Below, one piece after another: positions 8,768-18,237 of a stretch of 64,000 nucleotides of DNA (positions are counted from its first letter, which is position 1; every line of letters starts with the position of its first letter). The translations under genes and the position numbers were made by a program. Origin of the DNA: Candidatus Poriferisodalaceae bacterium (lineage in GTDB: Bacteria > Actinomycetota > Acidimicrobiia > Acidimicrobiales > Poriferisodalaceae); the NCBI GenBank assembly GCA_047618365.1, contig JBLHLM010000001.1, forward strand, positions 9,254 through 73,253, in the 5' to 3' direction. The notes beneath the pieces are model-generated. The model did no database searches and had not been told where the DNA came from. It saw nothing but the letters and a program-made list of their open reading frames with translations.

Positions 8768-9400
8768 AATAATGCCCATCACGTCGAGGCCTGTTGGACC
8801 GTCGCTGCCTGGCGTTGGGATCTCGACGACGGTCTCGTCGATGTTGTCGTATTCGAGCTTCAAGGCTCTGCTCATCGTGGCGTGCATCGCATAGGTACAG
8901 GTCACGTAAGTAAATTCGAGTATCTCTACATCGGAAAAGTGGCGGTGGAGTTCATCGAAGAGGGCGTCCGGAGTGCGGCCGTTCTGGAGGCTCAGACAAT
9001 CGGCGTACGCGAGCAGCGCCCGATCGGCCGGTTCCCAGCAGTCGGCGATCGACCAGTTCGGCACAGCTTGGACTTGTTCCTCAGTAAACCCGGCGTCGCG
9101 TGCTGCTTTGCAGTGTTGGCTGAACACGAAGCGACTTCCGACGTTCCATCCAATCCGCAGCTGGCCGAGCTCGCGGTGAAACGCAGACAGCTCGCGGTCA
9201 GACGATCGATAGAACTGGAATCCTGCGGTGGTGTGGTCGAATGCATCGGGGACCAGGGCAAAGACGGTCCACCAATCACCCGGCGTTCCTGTAGCGGTAC
9301 CCGGCTCAGCGACCGGGTCTCGGTCTCCGAAGATGGAGCCATAGACGGCCTGGGCGAACGGATGGGCGTCGGTGCTGCTGACTTGACCAAGTCGAGGCAT
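8753..9400 (-). CDS. carboxymuconolactone decarboxylase (AhpD-like) family protein
   Basis: ELGQLRIGWNVGSRFVFSQHCKAARDAGFTEEQVQAV resembles the CMD-family core helix pair. Trimmed to MPRLGQV. Confidence 0.65.
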   Translation of the reverse strand: MPRLGQVSSTDAHPFAQAVYGSIFGDRDPVAEPGTATGTPGDWWTVFALVPDAFDHTTAGFQFYRSSDRELSAFHRELGQLRIGWNVGSRFVFSQHCKAARDAGFTEEQVQAVPNWSIADCWEPADRALLAYADCLSLQNGRTPDALFDELHRHFSDVEILEFTYVTCTYAMHATMSRALKLEYDNIDETVVEIPTPGSDGPTGLDVMGIIDTDS

Positions 9401-9480
9401 GTTTGCTCCATGTTTCGTGTGGCGTGAACCGCAGGCTACGGCGCGGGTAGTTTCCACGAGGACCGAACCACAGGGGAAAC

Positions 9481-11034
9481 ATGACACACGAAGAGAAGGT
9501 CGCAGACCTCCACCGACGTGCGGAGATCATTCGCACCGAGATGGGAGGCGCCGACAAGGTCGCCAAGATGGCCGCCGAAGGCGATCGAACCGTTCGCGAA
9601 CACATCGACGGGTTCGTCGATGACGGTACGTTCCGTGAGATCGGCACGTTCAGCCGATCGCTTCGTCCAGAGCTTCGGGACTCCACGCCTGGCGATGGCA
9701 AGATTGGCGGCCACGGCAACGTCGATGGCCGGCCCGTTGCAGTGTTCGGCGACGACATCACAGTTCTGCGCGGCTCGAGCTCCATCGTGGGCACCCGTAA
9801 AGAAGGCCGCCTCTTCGACCGCGCCCTGGCCATGGGAATACCGATTGTTCACTTTGGTGAGACCGGTGGCGGGCGAATCCCCGATCTCATGGGCTCCGAA
9901 GGCATCTCCGAACCAGGCGAACTTTTCGACATGGCACGGCGCCGTCATCAGGTGCCGATGGCGACGGTCATCACCGGCCAGTCGTTCGGTGGATCGTCGT
10001 TTGTGTCGGCGTTGTCCGACTATGTCGTGATGGTCCGAGGGTCGTGCCTGGCGGTGACTTCGCCGAAGGTGTTCGAGATCGCAACGGGTGAGGTGATCTC
10101 GTTCGAAGACGTTGGCGGCGTCGACGTACATGCCAAGAAGACGGGCCAGATCGACCTTGGGGTCGATACCGACGAAGAGGCATACGAGGCCGTTCGAGCC
10201 TGGCTTTCGTATCTCCCGAGCAATGCCTGGGAGCAAGCTCCACGGGTTGAATCGACAGGAAACCTGGACCCCGATCCTGGCATTGCTGAGATCGTGCCCA
10301 CCCGCCGGACCCGCGGTTACGACATGCGCACGCTCGTGGCCCGCATCATGGATCCCGACACGGTTCTGGAGCTGCAGCCCGCATATGCGAGGAACGTCGT
10401 GTGTGCGATGGCTCGGCTCGACGGACACTCGGTGGGAGTTGTTGCCAACAACCCCATGTTCCAGGCCGGCACCCTCGATCCCCAGGCGTGCCACAAGATC
10501 ATTCGCATGTTGACCGTGTGCGACTCGTTCAACATCCCCGTCATCTTCCTCGTGGATGTTCCCGGTTTCATGGTGGGCGAGCGGGTCGAACACGACCTGA
10601 TGTTGCATTGGGGCATGCGGATGATGCAGGCCATGCAGAATGCAACAACACCGACGCTCACGGTCTGCATCCGCAAGGCCTTTGGGCTCGCGTGGCAAGC
10701 AATGAACGGCAGCCTGATGCCGTCTCACGGCGTGTACTGCTGGCCAGGTGCTGAGATTGGTTTCATGGACCCCGAGGTTGGGGTCAACGTCGCGTTCGGA
10801 TCGAAGCTGGCACGTATCAGCGACCCCGACGAACGAGAAGCCGAACGGGTGCGTCTGGTTCAGGAAGTTGGCGAGGCCACCGATCCGTATACAGCCGCTG
10901 GAACCATGCGCATCGACGAAATGATCGACCCGGCCGACACACGCCGGATCCTTGCATCCGATCTCAACATGTTGTCGAACCGACGTGTGCCTGGCCCCGA
11001 GGAGCGTGCCCTCAGCTACTGGCCGAGCTGCTGA
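9481..11034 (+). CDS. acyl-CoA carboxylase carboxyltransferase (beta) subunit
   Basis: 517 aa with two crotonase-like CT halves, e.g. GGRIPDLMG and NIPVIFLVDVPGFMVG, typical of PccB/AccD5-type proteins. Confidence 0.85.
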   Translation: MTHEEKVADLHRRAEIIRTEMGGADKVAKMAAEGDRTVREHIDGFVDDGTFREIGTFSRSLRPELRDSTPGDGKIGGHGNVDGRPVAVFGDDITVLRGSSSIVGTRKEGRLFDRALAMGIPIVHFGETGGGRIPDLMGSEGISEPGELFDMARRRHQVPMATVITGQSFGGSSFVSALSDYVVMVRGSCLAVTSPKVFEIATGEVISFEDVGGVDVHAKKTGQIDLGVDTDEEAYEAVRAWLSYLPSNAWEQAPRVESTGNLDPDPGIAEIVPTRRTRGYDMRTLVARIMDPDTVLELQPAYARNVVCAMARLDGHSVGVVANNPMFQAGTLDPQACHKIIRMLTVCDSFNIPVIFLVDVPGFMVGERVEHDLMLHWGMRMMQAMQNATTPTLTVCIRKAFGLAWQAMNGSLMPSHGVYCWPGAEIGFMDPEVGVNVAFGSKLARISDPDEREAERVRLVQEVGEATDPYTAAGTMRIDEMIDPADTRRILASDLNMLSNRRVPGPEERALSYWPSC

Positions 11035-11081
11035 CGCTTGGCGCGGCGGCAGGGGGCACAGCGTCGTGCTACACCAGACCC

Positions 11082-12164
11082 ATGAGAGCAGCGGTTTTGC
11101 GTTCTGGTCAGATGGTGGTCGACGAGGTAGCGGCGCCGGTGCCTGGCCCCGGTCAATTGCTCGGGCGGGTGATGGCGTGCGGCATCTGCGGCTCCGATCT
11201 TCACGCCGTAGAACACGGCGACCTGATGGTTGCGCAGCAGAAAAAGGGCGGGGTCGGGGGGTTGAGTTTTGACCTTGACCGCGACGTGGTCATGGGGCAC
11301 GAATTCTGTGTCGAAGTGCTCGAGCTCGGCCCAGGCGCTACCGGCAGGTTGTCTGAGGGAGATCTGGTTACTTCGATCCCAATGGCCATTCATAGCGGCC
11401 GCCCAGTCGCCGTTGGATTCGCCAACGATCTTCCCGGCGGTTACGGCGAACTTCTGATCTTGAGTGAGATGCTCGCGTTGCCGGTTCCCAACGGCCTTGC
11501 TCCAGAACTGGCAGCAATGACGGAACCCATGGCCGTAGGCCGCCACGCGGTGGAGAAGGCCAATGCAACCAAGGATGACGTCGTCTTGGTGGTCGGGTGT
11601 GGTCCGGTCGGTCTCGCGGTGATCGCTGCATTGAAGCAGAAGGGCCTTGGCCCGATCATCGCCGCCGATTTCTCTCCCCGACACCGAGCGTTGGCTGAAG
11701 CTCTTGGTGCCGACGAGATCATCGATCCTTCCGACCAGTCGCCCTATGACCGCTGGCAGGACGTTGCTTGGCCCGACGATGCCGACCGCGACGATCCGAT
11801 GATTCGTATAACGGGCCCCCATCCACGCCCCGGTCTGATCTTTGAGTGTGTCGGCGTGCCCGGTGTGCTCGATGCCGTTATGGAAGGCGCGATGCGAGAC
11901 ACCCGAGTCGTGGTGGTCGGGGTATGTATGCAGCAAGACCTCATCCGCCCGCTCACCGGCATTGGTAAGGAACTGAACCTGCAGTTTGTGCTGGGCTATA
12001 GCGCGCCCGAGTTCGCTGACACTCTGCGAGGAATTGCTGAAGGCGAACTCGCGGTCGAGCAGATGATCACGGGTCGGGTTGGCGTTGATGGGGTTCCCCA
12101 AGCTTTCCGAGACCTGGCTGACCCAGAAGCCCACGCCAAAATCATCGTTGAACCCTGGCGTTAG
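11082..12164 (+). CDS. zinc-dependent alcohol dehydrogenase (MDR family)
   Basis: ACGICGSDLH, GHEFCVEV and VVGCGPVGL. Confidence 0.85.
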   Translation: MRAAVLRSGQMVVDEVAAPVPGPGQLLGRVMACGICGSDLHAVEHGDLMVAQQKKGGVGGLSFDLDRDVVMGHEFCVEVLELGPGATGRLSEGDLVTSIPMAIHSGRPVAVGFANDLPGGYGELLILSEMLALPVPNGLAPELAAMTEPMAVGRHAVEKANATKDDVVLVVGCGPVGLAVIAALKQKGLGPIIAADFSPRHRALAEALGADEIIDPSDQSPYDRWQDVAWPDDADRDDPMIRITGPHPRPGLIFECVGVPGVLDAVMEGAMRDTRVVVVGVCMQQDLIRPLTGIGKELNLQFVLGYSAPEFADTLRGIAEGELAVEQMITGRVGVDGVPQAFRDLADPEAHAKIIVEPWR

Positions 12165-13069
12165 CCGGTGGGGTGGTACTCCCACGGTTCGCGCGGCAGC
12201 CTTGAGCGATCGAACACAGCTGCCACGTCGTGAAGCTCATCGATGTGGGCGACTTCGGCGAGCCCGAGGCTGCGAAGCATGGTGTTGAGTACATCGAGCG
12301 GCGTTTCGCCGAGGGCGATGCGATCGGCCATGGTCACTGCTCCGAATCTTTTTGCCAACCGACGGCCGTCGCTCGCGACAACCAATGGAACATGGGCGTA
12401 CTCGGGCACTGTGAGATTGAGCAGCCTTGTGAGATGCACCTGTCGCGGTGTCGACGGCAGCAGATCGTCGCCTCTGACCACCTGGGTCACGCCCTGGGCG
12501 TCGTCGTCGATGACGACCACAAGGTTGTACGCGGGTGTGCCGTCGCCACGACGCAGCACGACGTCGTCCACCACGCCGGTGTAGTCGCCGAGTTGTAGAT
12601 CGGGCACAGTGACCACCGCTTCATCGGCACGCAGTCTCAACGCCGGAGGTCGGCCGGTGGCGGCCCGGTCTGACCGTTCGCTGGCGGTCAGGCTGCGACA
12701 TGTTCCCGGGTAAGCGCCGTCGGGGAGATGCGTGTGTGGGGCAGTCGGCGCTTCGCGAATCTCGCGCCGGCTGCAGAAACACTCATAGGTATGTCCGTCA
12801 CCTATCAGGTTGGACAGAACGTCGGCGTACACCTCGAGCCGATCGCTTTGCGACATGGCTTCGCCATCCCACGTGAGCCCGAGCAGGTCGAAGTCGCGAA
12901 GTTGAGACTCGCGAAACTCCGGTTTTGAGGTGATGTCGAGATCCTCGAACCGCCAGAGGAACCTTCCTCCGGTCGATCGAGCGAACAGCCACGCGAGTAA
13001 GCCGGTCCGGAGATTCCCGATGTGGAGGTCGCCTGTCGGGCTTGGCGCCCAGCGGCCAGTCATCGTCAC
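12161..13069 (-). CDS. gluQ: tRNA glutamyl-Q(34) synthetase (GluQRS)
   Basis: RWAPSPTGDLHIGNLRT (HIGH motif), a CxC...C zinc cluster region (YECFCSRREI...YPGTC) and a truncated GluRS catalytic domain of ~300 aa. Convergent 4-nt overlap with 11082..12164. Confidence 0.85.
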   Translation of the reverse strand: MTMTGRWAPSPTGDLHIGNLRTGLLAWLFARSTGGRFLWRFEDLDITSKPEFRESQLRDFDLLGLTWDGEAMSQSDRLEVYADVLSNLIGDGHTYECFCSRREIREAPTAPHTHLPDGAYPGTCRSLTASERSDRAATGRPPALRLRADEAVVTVPDLQLGDYTGVVDDVVLRRGDGTPAYNLVVVIDDDAQGVTQVVRGDDLLPSTPRQVHLTRLLNLTVPEYAHVPLVVASDGRRLAKRFGAVTMADRIALGETPLDVLNTMLRSLGLAEVAHIDELHDVAAVFDRSRLPREPWEYHPTG

Positions 13070-13074
13070 GTGCG

Positions 13075-14301
13075 TCAGGTTAGGTCGGGCGGCCTTCGTT
13101 CGACGTTCTCGGCGAGCATCTTGATGCCCTCGACGCAGCGTTGCATATTCGCCAGGTGCTCCTCTTGGCGCCGAGCCAGGATGCGGGCTTGTTTGTCGGG
13201 CATTGTTTCAATTGCTGTCGTCAGTCCTGACGGACCTGGTCCGAGGCGAACCGTCTGGCGTAGGCGACAGCGCTGACCGTGGAGGACGTCGATTTCGTAG
13301 CGCCACCGAGCAGCTGCGTCGGCTTCGGACTCGCCTACAGCCCAACCGAACCGCAGTTCGGGTTCGTGTTCTGTGATTGTCGACGTCGTCTGCCAGTCGC
13401 CGATGGCTGGATGCTGATTGGTGCCGACGAACTGAACTCCTGCAGCGGGTGCATCGAACCCCTCGACGAATTCTGCTCCTTGGAACTCTTCAGAGAATCG
13501 CGCCGAGATGTTGATGTCGTTAATGAGATCCCAGACGGCACTGGCCGATGCATCGACGTCGATCTCCACGCTGGCCCCTGGGCCCTCCGACATCGATCGA
13601 GCCTCAGAGTCGTTCCGCTGTTCGTAGGTTCGGCCCCAGCCGTCGAAGTAGGCGATTTCGGCAGCCCTGCGACGGGGAACAGCGGCGTAGTCGGTTCCTT
13701 TGGACCAGGCCACGGGCAACAGAGCGATCGGCGTGACATCGTCGGGGATGTCGAGCAGGTCGCGCAGGTCGTCTTCCTTCTGGAGGATCGCCGAAGTCCA
13801 GGCCGTGGCTAAACCTCTGCCCCGCGCTGCGAGGCAGAAACTCCAGGCTGATTGGATCACCGAATCGAAAAGGCCAGGCTTCTTGCTGTTGTCATGGCGT
13901 CCCCAAATGCACGGGATAACAATCGCCGGGACGTCTGCCAGGCGCTCGGCTAGATGAGCGGCTGAACGCATGGTGGGGGCGTTCGGGTTGTCGCTGCCTT
14001 CGAGCTGGTCGCGAGCTTCGACCATCCAGCGGCCTGCCGCCTCCATGTAGAGATCAGCGATCGCCTGCTTCTGGCCAGGCTCGCGGATGATTAACCACCT
14101 GCGGCTGGATTGGTTGCCGCCGCCCGGTGCTTGTTCGGCAAGATCGATGCAGTCGAGGATCAGCTCATTGTCGAGCTCTCGATCGAGGTCGAGCCGTAGT
14201 CGGACCGAGCGAGTGGTAGAGAGCACTCCGTCGAGTGACGCCAGATCGATCGAGGCCGCGTCATAGCGGTCTGGCACGTGGGCGTTCAGGGGCGTCATCA
14301 T
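13075..14301 (-). CDS. nitroreductase-family domain fused to a C-terminal SRPBCC (START/polyketide-cyclase-like) domain
   Basis: N-terminal half: TTRSVRLRLD...APGGGNQSSRRWLIIREP is nitroreductase-like. C-terminal ~150 aa: VEIDVDASASAVWDLINDINISARFSEEF...RFGWAV...RWRYEI is SRPBCC-like. Confidence 0.7.
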   Translation of the reverse strand: MMTPLNAHVPDRYDAASIDLASLDGVLSTTRSVRLRLDLDRELDNELILDCIDLAEQAPGGGNQSSRRWLIIREPGQKQAIADLYMEAAGRWMVEARDQLEGSDNPNAPTMRSAAHLAERLADVPAIVIPCIWGRHDNSKKPGLFDSVIQSAWSFCLAARGRGLATAWTSAILQKEDDLRDLLDIPDDVTPIALLPVAWSKGTDYAAVPRRRAAEIAYFDGWGRTYEQRNDSEARSMSEGPGASVEIDVDASASAVWDLINDINISARFSEEFQGAEFVEGFDAPAAGVQFVGTNQHPAIGDWQTTSTITEHEPELRFGWAVGESEADAAARWRYEIDVLHGQRCRLRQTVRLGPGPSGLTTAIETMPDKQARILARRQEEHLANMQRCVEGIKMLAENVERRPPDLT

Positions 14302-14341
14302 GGATTCATTAGAGCAGAGCCCGCAGTCAACGTGCCCTACG

Positions 14342-15535
14342 ATGACCGGGGTGACCCAGCGAATCCCGTATCTGAACGCCCGACTTCAAGGCTTCGGCGC
14401 CACGATTTTCGCCGAGATGTCGGCGTTGGCCCTGCGCACCGGCGCGGTGAACCTCGGACAGGGTTTCCCCGACACCGACGGGCCGGTTGAGGTCGCGGAC
14501 GCAGCAGTCGAGGCAATCAGGTCTGGTCTGGGCAATCAGTACCCACCTGGCATCGGCGTGGCACCACTTCGTGAGGCCATTACCGAACACCAGAAGCGGT
14601 TCTACGACCTCACCTACGACCCAGATACCGAAGTGCTCGTTACCGCTGGAGCCAGCGAAGCCTTGGCCGCGACGATCCTCGCCCTGTGCGAGACCGGCGA
14701 CGAAGTGGTGACCTTCGAGCCCTGGTACGACCTGTACGGCGCGGCGATCTCTATGGCAGGGGCAGTCAAGAAGGTCGTCACCCTTCGCCCCCCAAATTAT
14801 GCGTTCGATGAGGAAGAGTTTCTTCGAGCCATCACTCCGAAGACTCGCCTGATTCTTCTCAACACCCCGCACAACCCCACGGGCAAAGTGTTCAGCCGTG
14901 CCGAGATGGACTTCATCGCCAAGGTCGCTATCGAGCGTGACCTGATCGTGGTGACCGATGAGGTGTACGAACACCTGGTGTTCGACGGCCAACACATTCC
15001 TATGGCGTCGCTCCCTGGAATGAGAGACCGCACGATCACCATCTCGTCCGGTGGCAAGACGTTCTCGTTCACTGGTTGGAAGATCGGCTGGGTCTGCGCT
15101 TCTCCAGAACTCACGGCGGCAGTTCGAACAGCAAAGCAGTTCTTGACGTACGTGAGTGGCGGGCCATTCCAGTTCGCTATTGCCGCTGGGCTGCGCCTCG
15201 GCGACGACTACTACGAGGGCTTCGTCGACGACATGCGGGCGAAACGTGATCGGCTCTCCGCAGGGTTGCGCAGCGCGGGTTTTGAAGTGTTCGAGCCTGC
15301 GGGCACCTACTTCGTGACCACAGACATCACCCCGTTCGGAACCGATGACGGGCTTGAGTTCTGCTGGTCGCTGCCGGAGAAGGTGGGTGTAGTGGCCGTG
15401 CCGAACGTGGTGTTCTACGACAACAAGGACGAGGGAAAACGGCTGGTGCGGTTCACGTTCTGCAAGCAGTTCGCCGTGCTAGACGAAGCCGTCGAACGGC
15501 TGCAGGGTCTTCAGAAACGAGGTTTGCAGAAATAG
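14342..15535 (+). CDS. pyridoxal-phosphate-dependent aminotransferase, class I/II (DapC/kynurenine-aminotransferase-like)
   Basis: NLGQGFPDTDGP, NTPHNPTGKVF and SSGGKTFSFTGWKIGW (PLP lysine). Confidence 0.85.
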   Translation: MTGVTQRIPYLNARLQGFGATIFAEMSALALRTGAVNLGQGFPDTDGPVEVADAAVEAIRSGLGNQYPPGIGVAPLREAITEHQKRFYDLTYDPDTEVLVTAGASEALAATILALCETGDEVVTFEPWYDLYGAAISMAGAVKKVVTLRPPNYAFDEEEFLRAITPKTRLILLNTPHNPTGKVFSRAEMDFIAKVAIERDLIVVTDEVYEHLVFDGQHIPMASLPGMRDRTITISSGGKTFSFTGWKIGWVCASPELTAAVRTAKQFLTYVSGGPFQFAIAAGLRLGDDYYEGFVDDMRAKRDRLSAGLRSAGFEVFEPAGTYFVTTDITPFGTDDGLEFCWSLPEKVGVVAVPNVVFYDNKDEGKRLVRFTFCKQFAVLDEAVERLQGLQKRGLQK

Positions 15536-15542
15536 TGGCTTG

Positions 15543-16376
15543 TCAGCCTCCGGCGATCATCCCTACAGCGATCAGGGCTAAGCCGAGACCGATCAGCTTT
15601 GGTCGATCCAGCCGCTCCTGAAGCACCATGCGGGCGAGGATCACGGTCATCACCGGGTACAGGCTGCTCAGCACAGCCACTGGCGCTAGCGAGCCATGTT
15701 CGAGAGCGAAGAGGAACAGGACGTTTGCCGCGGTGTCGAACACGCCTGAGGCGACGATCGTGGCGTAGGCCTCGGATGGCACCACGCTTGTTTTGGTGAG
15801 CAACGCCGCAATCGCCAGGGTGAGCACGGCAAACACCCGCGCCGCGAACACGGGCCATGGCGCAGCAGCTTCGGCCGTTTCGCTCATGATGACCAGAAAC
15901 AGCCCGAACCCGACACCGGCAGCGATGGCCTCGCCGACGACTTCGCCGGTGATCTGGCGGTCTGTCGTTAGGCGGGGCTCCTTGCTGATCATCGCTATCG
16001 ATGCCAGACCGAGAAGTAGACCAATCGACAGGACCAGGCTCGGCCGTTCACTGTTGATAATGCTCCAGCCAGCGGGCACAACCGCCGACATGAGAGCGGT
16101 CAGCGGGGCGACCACTGCCATTGGGCCGCGGGCAAGGCCCCGGTACAACAAGACGAGGCCCATGAGGCCCGCAGCTCCTGCGGTCGCTCCAATGAGCATG
16201 TCTCGCCAGGCGAACTCAGCTCCGAAAAACGGCATCGCGAGGCCGAGCCCGATCGCCCCGATGAGCTGGACTCCAACGGCCACCTGCATGGTTGATTGGC
16301 GTTTCGAGGCCATGCCACCCAGAAAGTCGCCGGTGCCCCACGAGGCCGACGTGAGGATGGCGAGCAGGATGGCCAT
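15543..16376 (-). CDS. EamA/DMT-family transporter
   Basis: 277 aa, about 10 hydrophobic helices. N-terminus ILLAILTSASWGTGDFLGG is typical of EamA repeats. Confidence 0.8.
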   Translation of the reverse strand: MAILLAILTSASWGTGDFLGGMASKRQSTMQVAVGVQLIGAIGLGLAMPFFGAEFAWRDMLIGATAGAAGLMGLVLLYRGLARGPMAVVAPLTALMSAVVPAGWSIINSERPSLVLSIGLLLGLASIAMISKEPRLTTDRQITGEVVGEAIAAGVGFGLFLVIMSETAEAAAPWPVFAARVFAVLTLAIAALLTKTSVVPSEAYATIVASGVFDTAANVLFLFALEHGSLAPVAVLSSLYPVMTVILARMVLQERLDRPKLIGLGLALIAVGMIAGG

Positions 16377-16450
16377 GTGGTGCCCACGCTACCGGGGCTA
16401 AGGTTCGACTCGACGACCGTTCGGACGGCGAGAATGATGGGGAAATTCTG

Positions 16451-17239
16451 ATGCCCAACACGATGATGGAAACCTGGGCCGCTGGCGGCGAAACCCTCGG
16501 TACGTGGCTATCGATGCCGACCACTCACGCCGCTGAGATCTGCGCGCGAACCGGGTTCGACTATGTATGCGTGGACATGCAGCACGGTTGTGCCGACTAT
16601 CAGATCGCCGTCGCGATGATTCAGGCGATCGAACTTGGGGGCAAGGGCACGCCGATCATCCGGGCGCCATGGAACGAGCCAGGCATCATTGGCCGCATGT
16701 TGGATGCTGGCGCCCGCGGCGTCATCATCCCGATGGTCAACTCGCCCGAAGAGGCCCAGGCGGCCGTGAACGCAGTGAAGTACCCGCCGATCGGCGCACG
16801 CAGCTTCGGCCCGATCATGATTGGTGCCCGTGAAGGCGCCGGCTACTTCGACCGGGCCAACGACATCACCGCTTGTATCCCGATGATTGAAACCAAGCAG
16901 GCAGTCGAGTCTCTCGACGAGATCCTCTCGATCGAAGGCATCGACGCGGTGTATGTCGGTCCCGCCGATCTCTCGATCAGCTACGGCTACGGCCCTGGTT
17001 ACAGCGAGGACAACCCCGGCTACCGCGACACCCTTGAGACCATCGTCGGCAAATGCACCGACGCTGGAATCCCCGCCGGGATCCACTCCACGTCATCACT
17101 CGCCGCCGATCGCCGAGACAAGGGTTTCCGGATGCAAACCGTCTCCGGCGATGCAGTGGCGGTTGGCGTCCACAGCGCACGCGATTTGAAGACAGCACGG
17201 GAGGGCGGCGCCGGCGACGGCAGCTCCCGCATCTACTGA
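16451..17239 (+). CDS. HpcH/HpaI-family aldolase
   Basis: FDYVCVDMQHG, IIRAPWNEPGIIGRMLDAGARGVIIPMV, YPPIGARSFGP and DAVYVGPADL. Confidence 0.8.
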   Translation: MPNTMMETWAAGGETLGTWLSMPTTHAAEICARTGFDYVCVDMQHGCADYQIAVAMIQAIELGGKGTPIIRAPWNEPGIIGRMLDAGARGVIIPMVNSPEEAQAAVNAVKYPPIGARSFGPIMIGAREGAGYFDRANDITACIPMIETKQAVESLDEILSIEGIDAVYVGPADLSISYGYGPGYSEDNPGYRDTLETIVGKCTDAGIPAGIHSTSSLAADRRDKGFRMQTVSGDAVAVGVHSARDLKTAREGGAGDGSSRIY

Positions 17240-17254
17240 TTCCAGGGGAAAACC

Positions 17255-18064
17255 TTGGCAATTACCGATCACCTCCGCAGCAACGTTGTCGACCAATACG
17301 AAGCCGACGGGGCAGTGATGCTCCCCGGGGTCGTCTCGTCTGACTGGCTCGCCAGGGTCGACGCGGCCATCGAACGCGACATTGTCAACCCAGGGCCCTT
17401 CTTTCATGGCTACCAAGTCGACGGGGGCACCTTTCACGGCAACCTTCGTTTGTGGGAGAACGACCCGGAGTTCGCTGCCTACTGTTTCGAGTCGCCGCTT
17501 CCGGCCTTGGCGGCTGAGCTGTTACGAGCGGAAGAAGTCCGCATTCTCTACGACCAGCTATTCGTGAAGGAAGCAGCAACTGCCGCTCCCACCAGATGGC
17601 ACAACGACCAGCCGTACTGGCCGGTTCGAGGTTGGCAGGTCATGTCGTTCTGGTTGGCGCTCGACGAGGTGACCCTTGACTCGGGTGCCCTCGAGTTCGT
17701 CGCTGGCTCCCACAAGTGGGATCGATGGTTCCAGCCTGAGCCGTTCGGCCCAGGGCAGACCTCCTACACCCATAACGCCAACTATGAAGACATGCTTGAT
17801 ATCGAGGCCGAGCGCGACAAACACCGGATCTTGTCGTGGGACATGCAACCAGGCGACGTCATAGCGTTCCACGCCATGGCGGTACACGGAGCTGGTCCGA
17901 ATTTTCGCGCCGATCGCCGCCGACGGGGTTACACGGTTCGTTACATCGGCGAAGGCGCGACCTATCTCTATGAGGACGGAATGGCCGCACCGTTGGCGAT
18001 CCCTGAGTTGGAGAACGGCCAGCCCTACAGCACAGACCGCACTCCTGTGGTGTGGCCTCGCTAA
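17255..18064 (+). CDS. phytanoyl-CoA dioxygenase (PhyH) family Fe(II)/2-oxoglutarate oxygenase
   Basis: TRWHNDQPYW (HxD), AGSHKW and AFHAMAVHGAGPN. Confidence 0.75.
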   Translation: MAITDHLRSNVVDQYEADGAVMLPGVVSSDWLARVDAAIERDIVNPGPFFHGYQVDGGTFHGNLRLWENDPEFAAYCFESPLPALAAELLRAEEVRILYDQLFVKEAATAAPTRWHNDQPYWPVRGWQVMSFWLALDEVTLDSGALEFVAGSHKWDRWFQPEPFGPGQTSYTHNANYEDMLDIEAERDKHRILSWDMQPGDVIAFHAMAVHGAGPNFRADRRRRGYTVRYIGEGATYLYEDGMAAPLAIPELENGQPYSTDRTPVVWPR

Positions 18065-18234
18065 TTCTCTAGAGGTCCAGTGTTCAGCAGTCGTGAGACC
18101 TTCCGCGGGGCGATAGCTCTGAAGCTGTCTTCGACCAGTTCACCTATTTCGGTCCAGTCGGTGTTGTCATCAAACACCGATCCAGCCGCGATTGCCGACG
18201 TAGGACTCCACCGAGCCGAGCGATCGGGGCTCAT
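18061..18234 (-). CDS. 57-aa ORF resembling only the C-terminal end of MmcQ/YjbR-type proteins (possible remnant)
   Basis: Own translation: MSPDRSARWSPTSAIAAGSVFDDNTDWTEIGELVEDSFRAIAPRKVSRLLNTGPLEN. The DW.E..EL...S(F/Y)...AP(K/R)K tail is recalled from that family. The ATG lies 3 nt after the stop of 18238..19215. Below the ORF-track size cutoff. Confidence 0.3.
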   Translation of the reverse strand: MSPDRSARWSPTSAIAAGSVFDDNTDWTEIGELVEDSFRAIAPRKVSRLLNTGPLEN

Positions 18235-18237
18235 GAG

